Shown piece by piece: positions 1 to 8,627 of a stretch of 55,249 nucleotides of DNA; position 1 is the first letter of the stretch; every line of letters begins with the position of its first letter. The DNA comes from Patescibacteria group bacterium (GTDB taxonomy: Bacteria > Patescibacteriota > Minisyncoccia > 2-02-FULL-40-12). The notes below the pieces were generated by a model. It worked only from the letters and a program-made list of their open reading frames with translations, was not told the origin of the DNA and made no database searches. The translations under genes were made by a program, and so were the position numbers. The stretch spans positions 1 through 55,249 of the forward strand of contig JBBTQD010000007.1 in NCBI GenBank assembly GCA_038065855.1, in the 5' to 3' direction.

Positions 1-638
1 CAATTTATTCTATTCTGCTTTTTGGTTTATTTCTGACCTTTTCAAGAGTAATTATTTTTTTCTGGGCAATTGGAGTGAGTTTAAGATGGCTAATTTTCAA
101 TAAGAAATTCGGACACATTGCCGAAAATTTAAGTTTAAAAAGTTTAACCATCGCTACTTTTATGATTTTGATATTGTTTTTAGTTCTTTTTTGGCCGCAG
201 GTTTTGGCTCGATTGGATATTTCGCCGTATGAAGAAGCGGTTTCTTTGCGCGGATTTTACAATAAAGTTGCTTTTTTCGAAAAGCCATTTTGGGGAGTGG
301 GAATTGGTAATTTCGTGAATTGGTTCAAAGAAATAAGTCCCGGCCTTACCCAGAATTTTTATCAGCCGATCCACAATATATATCTTCTGATTTTCTCCGA
401 AACCGGAATTTTAGGCCTAATGACATTTTTATTGTTTTTGATTTTTATATTTAAGGAGTATTTTAAGAAAGTAGAGTTTAATAGGCTATTTCACTATTCT
501 TTGATTATTCTTTTTCTGTTGGTTTTATTTCTGGGTCTTTTTGATCATTTTCTCTGGACATTACAGCAAGGGCAGATTATATTTTGGTTGACTGCCGGGC
601 TTTTAGCAGCTCTAAGTCCTCGTAGCTTAACTGGATAA
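1..638 (+). CDS. O-antigen ligase / Wzy-like polytopic membrane protein, 5'-partial
   Basis: The frame of the 75..638 ORF stays open back to nt 3, so the gene starts off-window. Multi-TM sequence with a Wzy_C-like core (FWGVGIGNF ... [16 protein letters not shown]). Stop TAA at 636-638. Confidence 0.5.
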   Translation, partial: IYSILLFGLFLTFSRVIIFFWAIGVSLRWLIFNKKFGHIAENLSLKSLTIATFMILILFLVLFWPQVLARLDISPYEEAVSLRGFYNKVAFFEKPFWGVGIGNFVNWFKEISPGLTQNFYQPIHNIYLLIFSETGILGLMTFLLFLIFIFKEYFKKVEFNRLFHYSLIILFLLVLFLGLFDHFLWTLQQGQIIFWLTAGLLAALSPRSLTG

Positions 639-689
639 AGCGTCGGCCTCCGGAGCCGAAGATTAGAGGTTCAAATCCTCTCGGGGATA
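616..689 (+). tRNA. tRNA-Arg (anticodon CCG)
   Basis: Manual cloverleaf. Acceptor GTCCTCG/CGGGGAT. D arm GCTT-AACTGGATA-AAGC. Anticodon arm TCGGC-CTCCGGA-GCCGA. Variable loop AGATT. T arm AGAGG-TTCAAAT-CCTCT. Discriminator A. No encoded CCA. Confidence 0.85.
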
Positions 690-691
690 CT

Positions 692-1987
692 ATGAAATTA
701 GTTGCTGATCTTCAGATCCATTCAAAGTACTCGCGGGCGGTGTCGCCGGAAATGGTGCTTGAAAATTTGGATAAATGGGCCAAGATCAAGGGCATCAATG
801 TTTTAGGTACTGGCGATTTAACCCATCCTTTGTGGTTGAAAGAAATAAAACAAAAACTTGAGCCGGCCGAGCCCGGCCTTTTTAAATTAAAAAAAGAATG
901 CAAAGTTGATTCGTTCGGCCGGCTGGATAATGAAGTTGAACCTCGCTTTATGCTGACTGGCGAGATAAGTTGCATTTATTCAAAAGGCGGCAAAGTCAGG
1001 CGGGTCCATCATCTTTATTTGGTTCCGGACATTGAAACAGCCGAAAAAATAAACGCTAAACTTTCTTTCATCGGAAATTTAAAATCAGACGGCCGGCCGA
1101 TCCTAGGCCTTGATTCAAAAAAGTTTTTGGAAATTTGTCTGGAGGCTTCGCCTGACGTAATGATTATCCCGGCCCATGCCTGGACGCCTTGGTTTTCGAT
1201 TTTTGGCTCCAAGTCTGGTTTTGATTCAATTGAAGAATGTTTTGATGATTTGTCAAAATATATTTACGCGGTTGAGACCGGATTAAGCTCGGATCCGGCC
1301 ATGAATTGGCGCCTTTCCCAATTAGATAACGTCGCCTTGGTTTCCAATTCCGATTCTCATTCGCCGACCCGAATCGGACGGGAGGCTAATGTTTTTGACA
1401 CAGAATTGTCTTATCAGAGGATTGTCGAGGCCATAAAATCAAGAGACCCGAATAAATTTCTTTTTACCGTAGAATTTTTTCCGGAAGAGGGGAAATATCA
1501 TTACGACGGCCACCGGTTATGCAATATTTCGTTTGACCCGGAAGAAACAAAAAAACATAATTTTCTCTGCCCTAAATGCGGAAGGTCTCTGACGGTCGGC
1601 GTTTTGGCCAGAGTGGCCGAACTTGCCGACCGGCCAAACGGTTTTAAGCCTGCACGCGCCGTGTCTTATAAAAATGTTATTCCTTTAGACCAGATAATTT
1701 CTGATTCAATAGGCCTTAGTGTTACTTCTAATACCGGCTGGCCTAAAAGAGTTTTGTATGAGTATGAAAAATTAATTAAGAGCTTTGGCAATGAGTTCAA
1801 TGTTTTGCTTAATACTTCGGCCGATAATTTAGAAAAATCGACCCTGCCCGAAATCGCCGAGGGTATTACTAAAGTTAGAGAGGGCCTGGTTCATATTGAG
1901 CCTGGTTTTGACGGTGAGTACGGAAAAATAAGGATTTTCACGGCTGACGAAAGGAAAAATGCTTCAAAACAAGGGCAATTGCTTTAA
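692..1987 (+). CDS. PHP-domain protein of the endonuclease Q / TIGR00375-like family
   Basis: N-terminal PHP metal-binding signature [11 protein letters not shown], later HAWTPW and SNSDSHS. Cys cluster HRLC-x15-CPKC. Length of 431 aa is as in EndoQ. Family assignment is from memory of motifs only. Confidence 0.5.
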   Translation: MKLVADLQIHSKYSRAVSPEMVLENLDKWAKIKGINVLGTGDLTHPLWLKEIKQKLEPAEPGLFKLKKECKVDSFGRLDNEVEPRFMLTGEISCIYSKGGKVRRVHHLYLVPDIETAEKINAKLSFIGNLKSDGRPILGLDSKKFLEICLEASPDVMIIPAHAWTPWFSIFGSKSGFDSIEECFDDLSKYIYAVETGLSSDPAMNWRLSQLDNVALVSNSDSHSPTRIGREANVFDTELSYQRIVEAIKSRDPNKFLFTVEFFPEEGKYHYDGHRLCNISFDPEETKKHNFLCPKCGRSLTVGVLARVAELADRPNGFKPARAVSYKNVIPLDQIISDSIGLSVTSNTGWPKRVLYEYEKLIKSFGNEFNVLLNTSADNLEKSTLPEIAEGITKVREGLVHIEPGFDGEYGKIRIFTADERKNASKQGQLL

Positions 1988-2068
1988 GCCAGCAGGCTGT
2001 GCCCCTCACATTTAGCATTCTGTGCTGTAAAGTATATCCAATCCAAGTGAGGGGTGTGGATAATTTTC

Positions 2069-2098
2069 TTGACTGGAGTCTCTCAGATTTGGTATAGT
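2069..2098 (+). promoter_or_regulatory. sigma70-like promoter candidate for the S8 protease gene
   Basis: TTGACT (2069-2074), 18-nt spacer, TATAGT (2093-2098), 11 nt upstream of the GTG start at 2110. Confidence 0.4.
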
Positions 2099-2109
2099 CA
2101 ATATTACCC

Positions 2110-3420
2110 GTGATAAGGCCCCAAGCATCTAAAAACTCAATATTTTTGGGTATTTTATCGGCATATATTTTATATGCCTGTTTCTTTTTTGGCCATTTTC
2201 AAGCCCAGGCCGCGAATACGACTGCCGCCATTATAGATCAAGTCGGACCGCGCTATTTTATTAAAACTAATAACCAGTTTTGGCAGAAAAGTTTCGGAGT
2301 TAGACATGCTTTTGAAAATGGCTTTACCGCCGATCTGTCCGGCATCCAGCTGACTTTAGCCAGAATTTTTGGAGTGGAAGTCGAGCCTGTTAAACAGCTT
2401 CATGTTTTGCCTAAGACAATTCCAGCTTCATTGGAACCTTTGCCTAGCGAAGAGCTGGTCATTACCAGTGAAGAAAAAATTGATACCCTGGGAAACATTA
2501 AGGCTAAAGCCAGAGTAACCCGGCCAGCGCCTTCTGATCAAACCCCCTGGGGCGTCGCTCTTATTTATAATAATTCAGCTATAACTTTGACTTCCGGCGG
2601 AGCCGGAGTAAATGTGGCAGTTTTAGATACCGGAGTTTTAAAAACTCATTTTGATTTAAAGGATAGAGTTAAACAATGCAAGGATTTTACTGCTTTAAGA
2701 ACGCTGGTCAGAGATGGATCTTGTGATGATAAACACGGCCACGGCACTCATGTTTCGGGAATTATTTTAGCTGACGCAGGTTCTGACAAGCTAGGAATCT
2801 ATGGAGCGGCTCCGGAAGCAAATTTATTCAGCTATAAAGTCTGCGGCAATGACGGTTCTTGCTGGGCTGATGATATTGCTTATGCAATAAGAATTGCCGC
2901 CGATAACGAAGCAAATGTGATAAATATGAGTTTGGGAGCTGACGCCGAAAGCTCATTGATTCGGGAAGCCATGAATTACGCTGTTTCGAAAGATGTTTTG
3001 ATTGTTGCCGCCGGAGGCAATGACGGCCCTTACCCGGCGAGCATTGATTATCCGGCGGCTAATGTTGGGGCTATTGCTGTTGGGGCGATAGATATTTCAA
3101 TTTCTGTTCCTGATTGGAGTTCGCGAGGTATGAATCTCTTAACTCAGGCCTATGTGGTTGAAGAAAAAGATATGGAATTTGGTGCGCCGGGAACTAATAT
3201 TGAATCGACCTGGAAAAACGGCGGCTATGCTATTTTATCCGGAACTTCAATGGCTTCGCCGCATATAACAGGATTAGCGGCCAAGTTTTGGCAATCAACT
3301 GCCCTAGAAGGAACAAAAGCTTCGGCTACCCGTGACTTACTTCACCAAATGGCCAAAGATATTTGGACTCTTGGCGACGATGATGCCACTGGATTTGGAT
3401 TGCCACAGGTGAAGCAATGA
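2110..3420 (+). CDS. secreted subtilisin-like serine protease (peptidase S8)
   Basis: Catalytic triad motifs VAVLDTGV (Asp), HGHGTHVSG (His) and GTSMASPHITG (Ser). N-terminal hydrophobic signal peptide ending AQA. Confidence 0.85.
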   Translation: MIRPQASKNSIFLGILSAYILYACFFFGHFQAQAANTTAAIIDQVGPRYFIKTNNQFWQKSFGVRHAFENGFTADLSGIQLTLARIFGVEVEPVKQLHVLPKTIPASLEPLPSEELVITSEEKIDTLGNIKAKARVTRPAPSDQTPWGVALIYNNSAITLTSGGAGVNVAVLDTGVLKTHFDLKDRVKQCKDFTALRTLVRDGSCDDKHGHGTHVSGIILADAGSDKLGIYGAAPEANLFSYKVCGNDGSCWADDIAYAIRIAADNEANVINMSLGADAESSLIREAMNYAVSKDVLIVAAGGNDGPYPASIDYPAANVGAIAVGAIDISISVPDWSSRGMNLLTQAYVVEEKDMEFGAPGTNIESTWKNGGYAILSGTSMASPHITGLAAKFWQSTALEGTKASATRDLLHQMAKDIWTLGDDDATGFGLPQVKQ

Positions 3421-4040
3421 AAGTTAACCGAGTAATTCGCACTCTTGTCACCTCTGACTTTTTATTAGTTTCCGGATTTACAGTTTTTGGTCCGGTTTTC
3501 GCCGTTTTTATTACCCAAAAAATTGAAGGCGGAACTTTGGCTATTATCGGTTTTACGGCGGCTATTTTTCAAATTGTAAAATCATCTTTGCAGATTCCGA
3601 TTGCTAACTATCTTGATAAAAACCACGGCGAGAAAGACGATTTTTATTCTTTAATCATCGGTTCTTTTTTAATCGCTTTAGTGCCTTTTTTATATATCTT
3701 TGCTTTTAAACCAATTCATCTTTATCTTATTAATGCGATTTACGGAATGGGCGCAGCTTTTGCCATTCCGCCTTGGAACGCTATTTTTACCCGCCATATT
3801 GATAAGATGCATGAAAGCACTGATTGGGCGGTGGAGTCTGTCTCTATCGGGATCGGCGCGGCTTCGGCCGCGGCCCTTGGCGGAATTCTGGCCGAGAAAT
3901 TCGGCTTTAAGGCTGTTTTTTTAGTGGCTGGTTTGGTGGCCATCGCCGGGGCCATCACTTTAACTAAGATTTATTCGGATTTAAGGAGAAAAGTCGGCCG
4001 GGGCCAGGTTTTTCCAAAGCCCGGCCGAAAACATCATTAG
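3417..4040 (+). CDS. six-TM half-size MFS-like membrane protein (possibly truncated)
   Basis: ATGA overlap with the upstream gene. About six hydrophobic helices. Loop YLDKNHGEKDDF resembles MFS motif A between TM2 and TM3. Only half the length of a normal MFS transporter. Confidence 0.4.
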   Translation: MKVNRVIRTLVTSDFLLVSGFTVFGPVFAVFITQKIEGGTLAIIGFTAAIFQIVKSSLQIPIANYLDKNHGEKDDFYSLIIGSFLIALVPFLYIFAFKPIHLYLINAIYGMGAAFAIPPWNAIFTRHIDKMHESTDWAVESVSIGIGAASAAALGGILAEKFGFKAVFLVAGLVAIAGAITLTKIYSDLRRKVGRGQVFPKPGRKHH

Positions 4041-4101
4041 CTCGTCACTCATAACTTTTCAGATTCCGTCTCGTCAGAACTCGCCTCTGATTGTTTTTCG
4101 A

Positions 4102-4151
4102 AACGGTATCCGCTGAAGGATTATTTGTCTGCGAGTCTTGAGAGAAGAAAA
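4102..4151 (+). repeat. dispersed intergenic repeat, copy A (50 nt)
   Basis: AACGGTATCCGCTGAAGGATTATTTGTCTGCGAGTCTTGAGAGAAGAAAA is 49/50 identical to the reverse complement of 14523..14572. Its 3' 30 nt are identical to 52140..52169. Confidence 0.9.
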
Positions 4152-4179
4152 TGACACAACCAGAGCTAATGCTTATAAT
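4151..4179 (+). promoter_or_regulatory. sigma70-like promoter candidate for polX
   Basis: ATGACA (4151-4156), 17-nt spacer, TATAAT (4174-4179), 13 nt before the ATG at 4193. The -35 abuts repeat copy A. Confidence 0.4.
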
Positions 4180-4192
4180 ATAAGTAATACTA

Positions 4193-5902
4193 ATGAACCA
4201 AGAAATTTCAAAAATCCTTTTTGAAATGGCCATGCTTTTGGAGATGAAAGAGGTTCCTTTTAAGCCAAGGGCTTACGAGAAAGCAGGGTTAATAATTGAA
4301 GCTTTGGAGGAAGATGTCAAAGACATTTACATAAGAGGCGGGTTGAAAGCATTGATGGATATTTCAGGAATAGGGCAGGGGATTGCCGAAAAAATTGAAG
4401 AATACATAAAAACAAAGCAGATTAAAGAGCACGAATATCTAAAAAAACAGGTACCGGTTGATGTCAAAGGCCTAACTTCCATTGAAGGCCTTGGCCCCAA
4501 AAGCGTCTATAAGCTTTATAAAGAACTTGGAATCAAAACAATCGGTGAGCTTGAAAAAGCGGCTAAAGCTGGGAAGTTAAGAAGCCTTGAAGGTTTTGGC
4601 GAAAAGTCGGAGGAAAAAATCTTAAAAGGCATTGAATTTTTAAAAAGCGGCCAGGGCCGTTTTATCTTAGGTTTTGTCTGGCCTTTAGCCAATTCCATTT
4701 TAGACCGGTTAAGATCTTTGCCTTATGTTGAAATTGCCGAGCCGGCTGGTTCAATAAGACGTATGCAGGAGACAGTCGGGGACTTGGATATTTTGGCGAT
4801 TTCCAAAGAGCCGGGAAAAGTGATTGATTATTTTGTTAAAATGCCTGAAGCCAGCCACATTTACGCCAAAGGCCCGACCAAAGCCAATATCAGGCTTAAC
4901 AACGGAATGGACGCGGACTTGAGGGTTTTAGAGCCGGCGTCGTTCGGCGCCGCTTTACAATATTTCACCGGCGACAAATACCACAATATCGCTTTGCGCG
5001 AAATTGCAATCAAGAAGGGATATAAACTGAATGAATACGGATTATATAAGGGTAAAAAATTAGTAGCCAGGAAAACAGAAGAAGAGATTTATGAAAAACT
5101 AGGCCTTGAATGGATTCCACCGGAAATCAGAATAAATTCGGGTGAAATTAAAGCGGCTCAAGAAGACAAACTGCCAAAATTGATTGAGTATGGTTCGTTG
5201 AAAGGCGATTTGCAGGTTCAAACCAATTGGACCGACGGCCAGAATTCAATCAAGGAAATGGCCGAAGCCGCCAAAAAAGCAGGCTTGGAATATATAGTTA
5301 TCACTGATCATACAAAGAGCCTGGCTATGACTGGCGGTTTGGATGAAAAAAAATTATTAAAGCAGATGCGGGAAATAGACGAAGTCCAAAAGCAAGTAAG
5401 TGGCATTAAAATTTTAAAAGGCGCCGAAGTCAATATTTTAAAAGGCGGCCGGCCCGACATCTCCGACGAGGTTTTAGCTAAACTGGATGTTGCCGGCGGA
5501 GCGGTTCATTCAAATTTCAACTTATCCGAAAAAGAACAGACCTATCGGCTTGTTCGGGCGATGGAAAACCCGGATATTGACATAATTTTCCACCCGACCG
5601 GCCGGGTGATTCAAAAAAGAGAACCCTATAAAATAGATATTGACGCCCTAATCAAAGCGGCCAAAAGAACCAAGACTATTTTGGAGATAGACGCTTATCC
5701 GAGCCGGCTGGACTTGAAAGATCAGCATATCAGAAAAGCGGTTGAAGCCGGAGTGAAACTATCAATTGATTCAGATGCTCACAGTATTTTGCATTTTCAG
5801 TATTTGGAATTGGGAGTGGCTCAAGCGAGGAGGGGCTGGGCAGAAGTGAAAGACATTATAAATACCAGAAAGTGGCAGGATATGGTTAAGTTTTTAAAAT
5901 GA
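4193..5902 (+). CDS. polX: family X DNA polymerase with C-terminal PHP domain (PolX)
   Basis: N-terminal helix-hairpin-helix repeats. Nucleotidyltransferase core GSIRRMQETVGDLDIL. C-terminal PHP motifs (ITDHTKS, GGAVHSNF, SIDSDAHS). Length 569 aa. Confidence 0.85.
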   Translation: MNQEISKILFEMAMLLEMKEVPFKPRAYEKAGLIIEALEEDVKDIYIRGGLKALMDISGIGQGIAEKIEEYIKTKQIKEHEYLKKQVPVDVKGLTSIEGLGPKSVYKLYKELGIKTIGELEKAAKAGKLRSLEGFGEKSEEKILKGIEFLKSGQGRFILGFVWPLANSILDRLRSLPYVEIAEPAGSIRRMQETVGDLDILAISKEPGKVIDYFVKMPEASHIYAKGPTKANIRLNNGMDADLRVLEPASFGAALQYFTGDKYHNIALREIAIKKGYKLNEYGLYKGKKLVARKTEEEIYEKLGLEWIPPEIRINSGEIKAAQEDKLPKLIEYGSLKGDLQVQTNWTDGQNSIKEMAEAAKKAGLEYIVITDHTKSLAMTGGLDEKKLLKQMREIDEVQKQVSGIKILKGAEVNILKGGRPDISDEVLAKLDVAGGAVHSNFNLSEKEQTYRLVRAMENPDIDIIFHPTGRVIQKREPYKIDIDALIKAAKRTKTILEIDAYPSRLDLKDQHIRKAVEAGVKLSIDSDAHSILHFQYLELGVAQARRGWAEVKDIINTRKWQDMVKFLK

Positions 5903-6150
5903 CCCAATTTCAAAAAATGGTGTACAATGTTGTTAGGAAAATCCCGAAAGGGAAGGTTTTGACTTATAAAGAAGTTGCCCGGCTTGCCGGCCGCTCACAG
6001 GCTTATCGGGCCGTCGGCAATGCCTTGAATAGAAATCCGTTCGATGATGTGCCATGCCATCGGGTTATTAGGGGCGATGGGAAGATTGGAGGATACGCGC
6101 ATGGGGCAAAAGCCAAAGCTAAGTTATTAAAAAAAGAAGGTTTTATATGA
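5899..6150 (+). CDS. ogt: methylated-DNA-protein-cysteine methyltransferase, stand-alone C-terminal (DNA-binding/active-site) domain
   Basis: Active-site motif VPCHRVI with the acceptor Cys retained, preceded by TYKEVARLAG and RAVGNAL. Only 83 aa. ATGA overlap with polX. Confidence 0.75.
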   Translation: MTQFQKMVYNVVRKIPKGKVLTYKEVARLAGRSQAYRAVGNALNRNPFDDVPCHRVIRGDGKIGGYAHGAKAKAKLLKKEGFI

Positions 6151-7268
6151 ATTATAGAATTTTACTTGTCGGCGGAGGAACTGGCGGACATATTTATCCT
6201 TTAATCGCGGTTAGCCGGGAGCTTCAAAAAATGGCCGGCGAAAAAGGAATAAACTTGAAATTGATGGCCGTGGCTGATTCAAATAGTTGGAGAAGCGAAT
6301 TTGAAAGCCAAGGCATTCGGTTCAAAAAAATTTTAGCTCCCAAATTAAGACGGGTTGAAGGCGGCCGCCTGAATTTTTTTGCCTTTTTGACGATTCCTTT
6401 CGCTTTGATTCAGGCCCTATGGATTCTTTTTGTTTTTATGCCCAATCTTGTTTTTTCAAAAGGCGGCTTTGTTTCGTTTATCCCGGCCTGTGTCGCCATG
6501 ATTTATTTTATTCCTGTTTTTATCCATGAGTCGGATTCTGTGCCCGGCTTGGTCAATCGATTTTCAGCCAAATTTGCCAAAAAGGTTTTCATTTCTTTTG
6601 AAAACTCGGCCAGATATTTTTCCGTTCAAAAAACGGTTTTAAGCGGCAATCCGGTGAGGGAAAGTTTATTTAACGGCAATAAAGCCGAGGCGGCCGGTTT
6701 TTTTAACCTTGATTCCGGCAAAAAAACGATTTTGTTTTTAGCCGGGAGCCAGGGAGCCGTGTTTATAAATAATCTGCTGATTGATTCTTTAGTCCAGTTG
6801 GTGAAAGATTTTCAGATTATCCATCAGACCGGAGTTAATAATTTTGAACTGGTTAAAAAAGAAACGGATAATATGAAAAATGAAGGCAGGTCAAGTTTCA
6901 GCGAGAGTATAGAAAAAAATTACCGGGCTTATAGTTTTTTAAACGAAGAAGAATTGAAAAACGCTTTTGCCATATCGGATTTGGTGGTTTCGCGCTCCGG
7001 CTCCAGCATTTTTGAAATCGCCGCTTTAGCGAAACCGTCAATTGTGATACCTTATCCTTATTCGGCCAGAAACCACCAGAAAGAAAACGCGGCCGAGTTC
7101 GCCAAATTCGGCGCGGTGGTTTTGGAAGAAGAAAATCTCAAACCCCATATTTTGATTGATCAGATTAAACATTTATTAAATAATTCTGGAGCTGGCGAGA
7201 AAATCAAGCAGTTTATTAAAACGGAGGCGGCAAAAATGATAGCCCAAGAGATTATGTCTAATGTCTAA
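6147..7268 (+). CDS. murG: UDP-N-acetylglucosamine--N-acetylmuramyl-(pentapeptide)-pyrophosphoryl-undecaprenol GlcNAc transferase
   Basis: N-terminal GGGTGGHIYPLIAV and C-terminal SRSGSSIFEIAA ... HQKENA motifs typical of MurG. Confidence 0.85.
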   Translation: MNYRILLVGGGTGGHIYPLIAVSRELQKMAGEKGINLKLMAVADSNSWRSEFESQGIRFKKILAPKLRRVEGGRLNFFAFLTIPFALIQALWILFVFMPNLVFSKGGFVSFIPACVAMIYFIPVFIHESDSVPGLVNRFSAKFAKKVFISFENSARYFSVQKTVLSGNPVRESLFNGNKAEAAGFFNLDSGKKTILFLAGSQGAVFINNLLIDSLVQLVKDFQIIHQTGVNNFELVKKETDNMKNEGRSSFSESIEKNYRAYSFLNEEELKNAFAISDLVVSRSGSSIFEIAALAKPSIVIPYPYSARNHQKENAAEFAKFGAVVLEEENLKPHILIDQIKHLLNNSGAGEKIKQFIKTEAAKMIAQEIMSNV

Positions 7269-8073
7269 TTTTATTGGAAACCAAAATATAAAAGAATATT
7301 TTGAAAACTTGATAAAACAAGAAAGTTTAAGCCACGCCTATCTTTTTTATGGGCCGGAAGGGGTCGGCAAAAAGCTGCTTGTTTTTAAAATTTCAGAACT
7401 AATCGCCGGGCCGGCAGCCAGTAATCTTGATTTAAAAGTGATTGATAAAGGCGGGGATGAAGTTCATATCGCCGACATCAGGGAGTTGAAAAATTTCATC
7501 CATCTGACTCCTTTCGGAAAGTATAAAATCGCAATCATTAATAACGCCCACAACCTCGGCCGCGACGCTTCAAACGCCCTGCTTAAAATTTTAGAGGAAC
7601 CGCCGGGGAAATCCATCTTATTTTTAGTAAGCCATCTTCCGAAAATGCTTCTTTCTACAGTGGTTTCGCGCTGTCAGTCCATGAGATTCAGGCCCTTGAA
7701 GAAGGAAGAAATTTTAAGCCATCTGGTCGGCGCCGGCAAAATAAAGAAAGATATTGCTTTATCTGTTGCCAGGCTTTCTAACGGCTCCTTGGGTATGGCT
7801 ATGGATTTGGCTGATAATTTTGAAATTTTCCAAAAAAATATTAGTTTATTGAATAAGTTGATGAAGGCCGATTTAAAAGAGCGGTTTGAGACGGCTAAGA
7901 AAATTTCGGGCAGTTCCGAAGATTTAAAAAAGGCGGCCGGAGATTGGTTTGTTTATTCGGCTTCGCTGGCGGACAAAAAGCTGGCTAAAGAAATTTTGCA
8001 TTTAAACAACATTCTTTCAAGGCCGCAGTTTAACCATCGTTTGGCTCTGGAGAATTTTATGATTAAACTCTGA
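7261..8073 (+). CDS. holB: DNA polymerase III delta-prime subunit
   Basis: HAYLFYGPEGVGKK Walker-like loop, NALLKILEEPP, SRCQ motif. Length 270 aa. Confidence 0.75.
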   Translation: MSNFIGNQNIKEYFENLIKQESLSHAYLFYGPEGVGKKLLVFKISELIAGPAASNLDLKVIDKGGDEVHIADIRELKNFIHLTPFGKYKIAIINNAHNLGRDASNALLKILEEPPGKSILFLVSHLPKMLLSTVVSRCQSMRFRPLKKEEILSHLVGAGKIKKDIALSVARLSNGSLGMAMDLADNFEIFQKNISLLNKLMKADLKERFETAKKISGSSEDLKKAAGDWFVYSASLADKKLAKEILHLNNILSRPQFNHRLALENFMIKL

Positions 8074-8627
8074 TGCATAAACCTTTAATAGAAAATTTAA
8101 AAAAGGAATTAAACGGCGTTTTGGAGTTTTTGAAAAATGATCTTACCCAGTTAAGGGGCGGCCGGGCCTCGCCGGTTTTAGTTGAAAATTTAAAAATTGA
8201 TGCTTACGGGGCCAGATTGAATTTGAAAGAGGTGGCGACGATAATGGTTCCGGACGCCAAAACCTTAATTATTCAGGTCTGGGATAAAAATGGGGTCAGC
8301 GCCGTAGCTAAAGCGATTGAAGAAAGCCGTCTTGGCTTGAATCCGAATATTGACGGCCAGAATATAAAATTGGCAATACCGCCTTTGGTGGATGAAAGGA
8401 GGAAAGAAATGATAAAGCTTTTGCATGACAAACTTGAACAGGCCCGGATAAGAATAAGGCGCGGCCGGGACGAAGTTTGGCATAAGGTTCAGAATTTGGA
8501 GAAAGAAAAGAAGATTTCAGAGGACGATAAATTCAGGGCTAAAGATGAGCTTCAAAAAATTGTGGATGAATTTAATAAGAGAGTGAAAGAATTGGGGGAG
8601 ATGAAAGAAAAAGAATTAAGCGGATAG
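8073..8627 (+). CDS. frr: ribosome recycling factor
   Basis: LRGGRASPVLVENLKIDAYG and ERRKEMIK motifs. Length 184 aa. Confidence 0.9.
   Translation: MHKPLIENLKKELNGVLEFLKNDLTQLRGGRASPVLVENLKIDAYGARLNLKEVATIMVPDAKTLIIQVWDKNGVSAVAKAIEESRLGLNPNIDGQNIKLAIPPLVDERRKEMIKLLHDKLEQARIRIRRGRDEVWHKVQNLEKEKKISEDDKFRAKDELQKIVDEFNKRVKELGEMKEKELSG

Noticed and set aside
4045-4233. The 62-aa minus-strand ORF, and the ORFs at 14304-14621 (-) and 14603-14827 (+), which run through the intergenic repeats.
   Set aside because: They exist only because the repeats happen to lack stops. Where repeat copies diverge, the changes are not synonymous-biased. The ORFs overlap the polX start or the greA 3' end and have no SD.
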